24,000 bases of DNA, taken from positions 40,831 to 64,830 of the forward strand of contig CAMJML010000019.1 in assembly GCA_946407015.1 (NCBI GenBank). The letters run 5' to 3'. This document shows, in pieces, positions 20,750 through 24,000 of the stretch. Under the pieces are notes generated by a model. The model ran no database searches. It saw nothing but the letters and a program-made list of their open reading frames with translations, and was not told where the DNA came from. Made by a program: the position numbers and the translations under genes. The first letter of the stretch is position 1, and every line of letters starts with the position of its first letter. This DNA comes from an uncultured Selenomonadales bacterium (GTDB lineage: Bacteria > Bacillota > Negativicutes > DSM-1736 > Dendrosporobacteraceae).

Positions 20750-23260
20750 TTGTTTAGTTTTATTAAAAAGCTTTTTGGCGATGATAATGAAAAAGAAATC
20801 AAGCGCATGATGAAATATGTGGAACAAATCAATACTTTTGAACCGGAACTGCAGAAAATGAGTGACGGATCATTGGCCGGCAAGACCGGTGAGTTTAAGC
20901 GCCGCTTAGAGCAGGGAGAAACGATTAACGATCTGCTGCCTGAAGCTTTTGCAGTGGTGCGGGAAGCATCTCGCCGGGTTTTGGGTATGAGACACTTTGA
21001 TGTACAGCTTTTGGGCGGTATTGCGCTGCATGAAGGCCGGATAGCCGAGATGCGTACCGGTGAAGGAAAAACGCTGGTGGCTACGCTGCCGACCTATTTA
21101 AATGCCTTAAGCGGTCAAGGGGTGCATGTCATAACCGTCAATGATTATCTGGCCCGCCGCGATAGTGAGTGGATGGGAAAGGTTTATCGCTTTTTAGGCC
21201 TGTCTGTCGGCCTGATTGCTCACGGTCTGGATTTCCCTGACCGGAAGATGGCCTATAATTCGGATATTACTTACGGTACCAATAATGAGTTTGGTTTTGA
21301 CTACCTGCGGGACAATATGGTGATTTATCCCGAGCAAATGGTGCAGCGGGAACTCAACTATGCCATCATTGACGAGGTGGATAGTATCCTGGTCGATGAA
21401 GCGCGGACACCGCTCATTATTTCCGGTCCCGGGGAAAAATCCACGGACCTTTACTATGTTTTGGCTAAAGCAGTCATCAAGCTAAACGAAGGCGACGACT
21501 ATACCATTGACGAGAAAGCCAAGGCTGTTGCGCCAACCGAAGCCGGTATTGCCAAAATTGAAAAAATCTTAAACATTACCAATCTTTATGATAATTCCAA
21601 CATTGAAATGTCTCATCATTTTAATCAGGCACTGAGAGCCAAAGCTATCATGAAGCGGGACCGCGATTATGTGGTGCGTGAAGGCGAAGTTATCATTGTT
21701 GATGAGTTTACCGGCCGCTTGATGTTTGGCCGCCGTTACTCCGATGGGTTGCATCAAGCCATCGAAGCCAAAGAAGGCGTGAAAATTGAACGGGAAAGCC
21801 AAACCCTGGCCGCCATTACCTTCCAAAATTATTTCCGCATGTATAAAAAACTGGGTGGTATGACTGGTACGGCTAAGACCGAAGAAGCTGAGTTCCGGAA
21901 AATCTATAACCTGGATGTTATTGTGATTCCTACCAATAAACCGGTGCTGCGTCAGGATTTCCCGGATGTCATTTACAAAACCAAACGGGCCAAGTACAAA
22001 GCGGTTATCAATGAGCTTGCCGAGCGCTTTGCCAAAGGCCAGCCTGTTTTGGTGGGAACAACATCGATTGCCCAATCTGAAGATTTAAGTGACATGCTGA
22101 AAAAGCGTGATATTCCTCATAATGTTCTGAATGCCAAATATCATGAAATGGAAGCGCAAATCGTGGCTGGAGCGGGTCAGCCTGGTGCTATTACCATTGC
22201 CACCAATATGGCCGGACGTGGTACCGATATTGTGCTGGGTGAAGGTGTTTCCGAACTGGGCGGTTTGCATATCATTGGTACTGAACGCCATGAGAGCCGG
22301 CGGATTGACAATCAGCTGCGCGGACGGTCCGGCCGTCAGGGCGACCCTGGTTCCTCCCGTTTCTATTTATCACTGGAAGATGAGCTGATGCGTTTATTCG
22401 GTTCAGACAATATAGCCAATATCATGGATAAGTTGGGCATGGAAGAGGATGAGCCGATTGAACACAGCCTGATTACCCGTTCCATTGAGCAGGCGCAGAA
22501 GAAAGTGGAAGCGCGCAACTTTGATATCCGTAAACACGTGCTGGAATACGACGATGTCATGAACCAGCAGCGGGAAGTCATCTACGGTCAGCGCCGCAAA
22601 ATTCTCATGGGCGAGAATATGCGCGAAAATATCTTCCATATGATCGAAAAAATTGTGGATAAGGCTATGGAAGTGTATGCCAATGATAAATTATTCCCGG
22701 AAGACTGGGATTACAGCGGTCTGATCGAATACTGCACCAACTTCTTTGCGCCCGAAGGACGCCTGGTTCAAACCGACCTGGAGAAATTGAGCCGTGAGGA
22801 ATTGCAGGAAGAACTGATGAAAGTGGCCGAGGAAGCCTATAGCTCCCGGGAAGTGCTGTTCGGCGAAGAAAGCATGCGGGAACTGGAAAAAGTCGTTATG
22901 CTCAAAGTGGTGGACGGCAAATGGATGGAGCATCTGGACCATATGGATATGCTGCGCGAGGGGATTGGTTTGCGCGCTTACGGTCAGCGTGATCCGTTGA
23001 TTGAATATAAGATCGAAGCGTATGACATGTTCCAGCAAATGATCGAGAACATTCAGGAAGATATCGTAAAATACATTTTCCGGGTCAATATTGTGACCCA
23101 GCCGGAAGACCATCTGCAGCAAGCCAAGGCCAACCATGGCGAAGAAGAGGCTGAACCGGCTGCCAAACAGCCGCACGTCAACAAGGATCAAATCGGCCGC
23201 AACGAAACCTGCCCATGCGGTTCAGGCAAAAAATACAAACACTGCTGCGGGACGAAGTAA
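20750..23260 (+). CDS. secA: Preprotein translocase ATPase SecA
   Basis: 836 aa with a TTG start 9 nt after GGGAG. The motifs [33 protein letters not shown] and [10 protein letters not shown] are present. The C-terminal zinc site is [14 protein letters not shown]. Confidence 0.95.
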   Translation: MFSFIKKLFGDDNEKEIKRMMKYVEQINTFEPELQKMSDGSLAGKTGEFKRRLEQGETINDLLPEAFAVVREASRRVLGMRHFDVQLLGGIALHEGRIAEMRTGEGKTLVATLPTYLNALSGQGVHVITVNDYLARRDSEWMGKVYRFLGLSVGLIAHGLDFPDRKMAYNSDITYGTNNEFGFDYLRDNMVIYPEQMVQRELNYAIIDEVDSILVDEARTPLIISGPGEKSTDLYYVLAKAVIKLNEGDDYTIDEKAKAVAPTEAGIAKIEKILNITNLYDNSNIEMSHHFNQALRAKAIMKRDRDYVVREGEVIIVDEFTGRLMFGRRYSDGLHQAIEAKEGVKIERESQTLAAITFQNYFRMYKKLGGMTGTAKTEEAEFRKIYNLDVIVIPTNKPVLRQDFPDVIYKTKRAKYKAVINELAERFAKGQPVLVGTTSIAQSEDLSDMLKKRDIPHNVLNAKYHEMEAQIVAGAGQPGAITIATNMAGRGTDIVLGEGVSELGGLHIIGTERHESRRIDNQLRGRSGRQGDPGSSRFYLSLEDELMRLFGSDNIANIMDKLGMEEDEPIEHSLITRSIEQAQKKVEARNFDIRKHVLEYDDVMNQQREVIYGQRRKILMGENMRENIFHMIEKIVDKAMEVYANDKLFPEDWDYSGLIEYCTNFFAPEGRLVQTDLEKLSREELQEELMKVAEEAYSSREVLFGEESMRELEKVVMLKVVDGKWMEHLDHMDMLREGIGLRAYGQRDPLIEYKIEAYDMFQQMIENIQEDIVKYIFRVNIVTQPEDHLQQAKANHGEEEAEPAAKQPHVNKDQIGRNETCPCGSGKKYKHCCGTK

Positions 23261-23270
23261 GAACAGGTTT

Positions 23271-23387
23271 AACCGCAGAGGACACAGAGTACGCAGAGGG
23301 AAATCGGAGGAATTAGAACGCGGTCGTAACCGCGTTAAGGATCATTAAGATCTTAAATCCTCTGCGATCTCTGCGTACTCTGCGGTT
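23271..23387. repeat. Copy C of the 9-bp-module inverted-repeat element, between secA and prfB
   Basis: Left arm: AACCGCAGAG GACACAGAG TACGCAGAG GG (23271-23300). Central hairpin: AACGCGGT-CGTA-ACCGCGTT (23317-23336). Right arm: CCTCTGCGATCTCTGCGTACTCTGCGGTT (23359-23387), followed by CATAAGTTTTTAT. Confidence 0.65.
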
Positions 23388-23417
23388 CATAAGTTTTTAT
23401 CTTAAGGAGTTGAGACA

Positions 23418-24000
23418 ATGCTTTTGGAAGATTTACGGGTGCAAATTGCCGATATGGAAAAGAAGCTTGACGAAATGAGGGCTTCACTTTGACATAGCCG
23501 GCAAAGAAGAGAAAATTGCCGAGTTAGAGTATAAGATCAGCGAGCCGGGCTTTTGGGATGCTCCTGAGCAGGCCCAGCAGGTGATGCAAGAGCTGACAGG
23601 AATAAAAGACGCCGTTCAGCAATACAATAGTTTGTATGAACAGCATAGCGATATGGCTATCTTATGGCAGCTTGGCATGGAAGACAATGACGAGAGTGTC
23701 TACGCGGATGTCGTCGCTTCTCTCAAGTCCATTGCCAGGGATATTGAACAGTTGGAATTAACGCTGATGCTGTCCGGCGAATATGACGCCAATAATGCCA
23801 TCTTGACACTGCATGCCGGAGCGGGTGGAACTGAAGCCCAGGACTGGGCGCAAATGCTATTGCGCATGTATGTCCGCTGGGCGGAGAAAAATGGTTTTAA
23901 AGTGGAAACCATGGACTTTCTGGCCGGTGATGAAGCGGGTGTGAAAAGTGCAACCCTGTTGATCTCAGGCCGCAATGCTTATGGCTATTTAAAATCAGAA
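23418..24000 (+). CDS. prfB: Peptide chain release factor 2, with programmed +1 frameshift; 3' end outside window
   Basis: RBS AAGGAG. Frame 0 (23418-23489) encodes MLLEDLRVQIADMEKKLDEMRASL and then meets an in-frame TGA at 23490-23492. The +1 frame from 23491 reads DIAGKEEKIAELEYKISEPGFWDAPEQAQQ...TLHAGAGGTEAQDWAQML and is open to base 24000. Confidence 0.9.
23477..23493 (+). promoter_or_regulatory. prfB recoding site: internal SD-like GAGGG, then CTT TGA C
   Basis: The canonical CUU UGA C slippery/stop context is at 23487-23493. GAGGG lies 5 nt upstream. Confidence 0.85.

Noticed and set aside
21569-23191. Antisense ORFs inside secA (21569..22075, 22085..22291, 22363..22581, 22403..22639, 22691..23191)
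   Set aside because: They lie opposite a very confidently identified secA frame. They have low-complexity or atypical composition and are typical shadow ORFs. The same reasoning applies to 5491..5928, 7393..7854, 11186..11605, 11889..12275, 12946..13266, 14180..14527, 15116..15538, 18267..18572, 19589..19885 and 23700..23975.
23136-23348. 70-aa ORF overlapping the secA 3' end and repeat copy C
   Set aside because: It is out of frame with secA. Its RRGHRVRRG-type sequence is the translation of the 9-bp repeat modules, and it has no RBS.

Overview
The window looks like chromosomal DNA from a Firmicute. A diderm or Negativicutes-type lineage is possible, but that is inference from gene content only.

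Gene content, left to right:
- 1-4466: an AT-rich pseudaminic-acid/Sps-type nonulosonic-acid sugar cluster (SpsF-like, PseI, a formyltransferase-fold protein, PseG, PseC).
- 4606-6072: a divergent pair of a Crp/Fnr regulator and a 4Fe-4S protein.
- 6517-7896: a GT2-methyltransferase fusion.
- 7953-8507: a zinc-ribbon protein gene preceded by a roughly 240-nt structured leader.
- 8728-12314: an amino-acid ABC system with two tandem, independently expressed lipoprotein binding proteins, a permease and an ATPase.
- 12414-13426: csp and hpf.
- 13615-20132: an island of about 6.5 kb holding two adjacent Tat-exported [FeFe]-hydrogenase operons.
- 20750-24000: secA, then prfB with its +1 frameshift site (3' end outside the window).

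Most interesting observations:
1. The two periplasm-facing [FeFe]-hydrogenases are wired to different membrane modules. One is a HydA-HydB fusion with an N-terminal Tat signal and lipobox, followed by a HybA-like FeS protein and an NrfD-like protein. The other is a split HydA/HydB followed by a cytochrome b.
2. Two tandem giant palindromes lie between the cytochrome b gene and secA. One is a 33-bp stem with a 3-nt loop.
3. A dispersed intergenic repeat family has inverted arms built from 9-bp modules (NNCRCAGAG). There are three full copies and one half copy.
4. A promoter-proximal RNA domain closed by 5'/3' pairing sits upstream of the zinc-ribbon gene.

I saw no rRNA, tRNA, CRISPR array or transposase gene. 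All calls come from reading the sequence and ORF translations by eye. No searches or folding programs were run.
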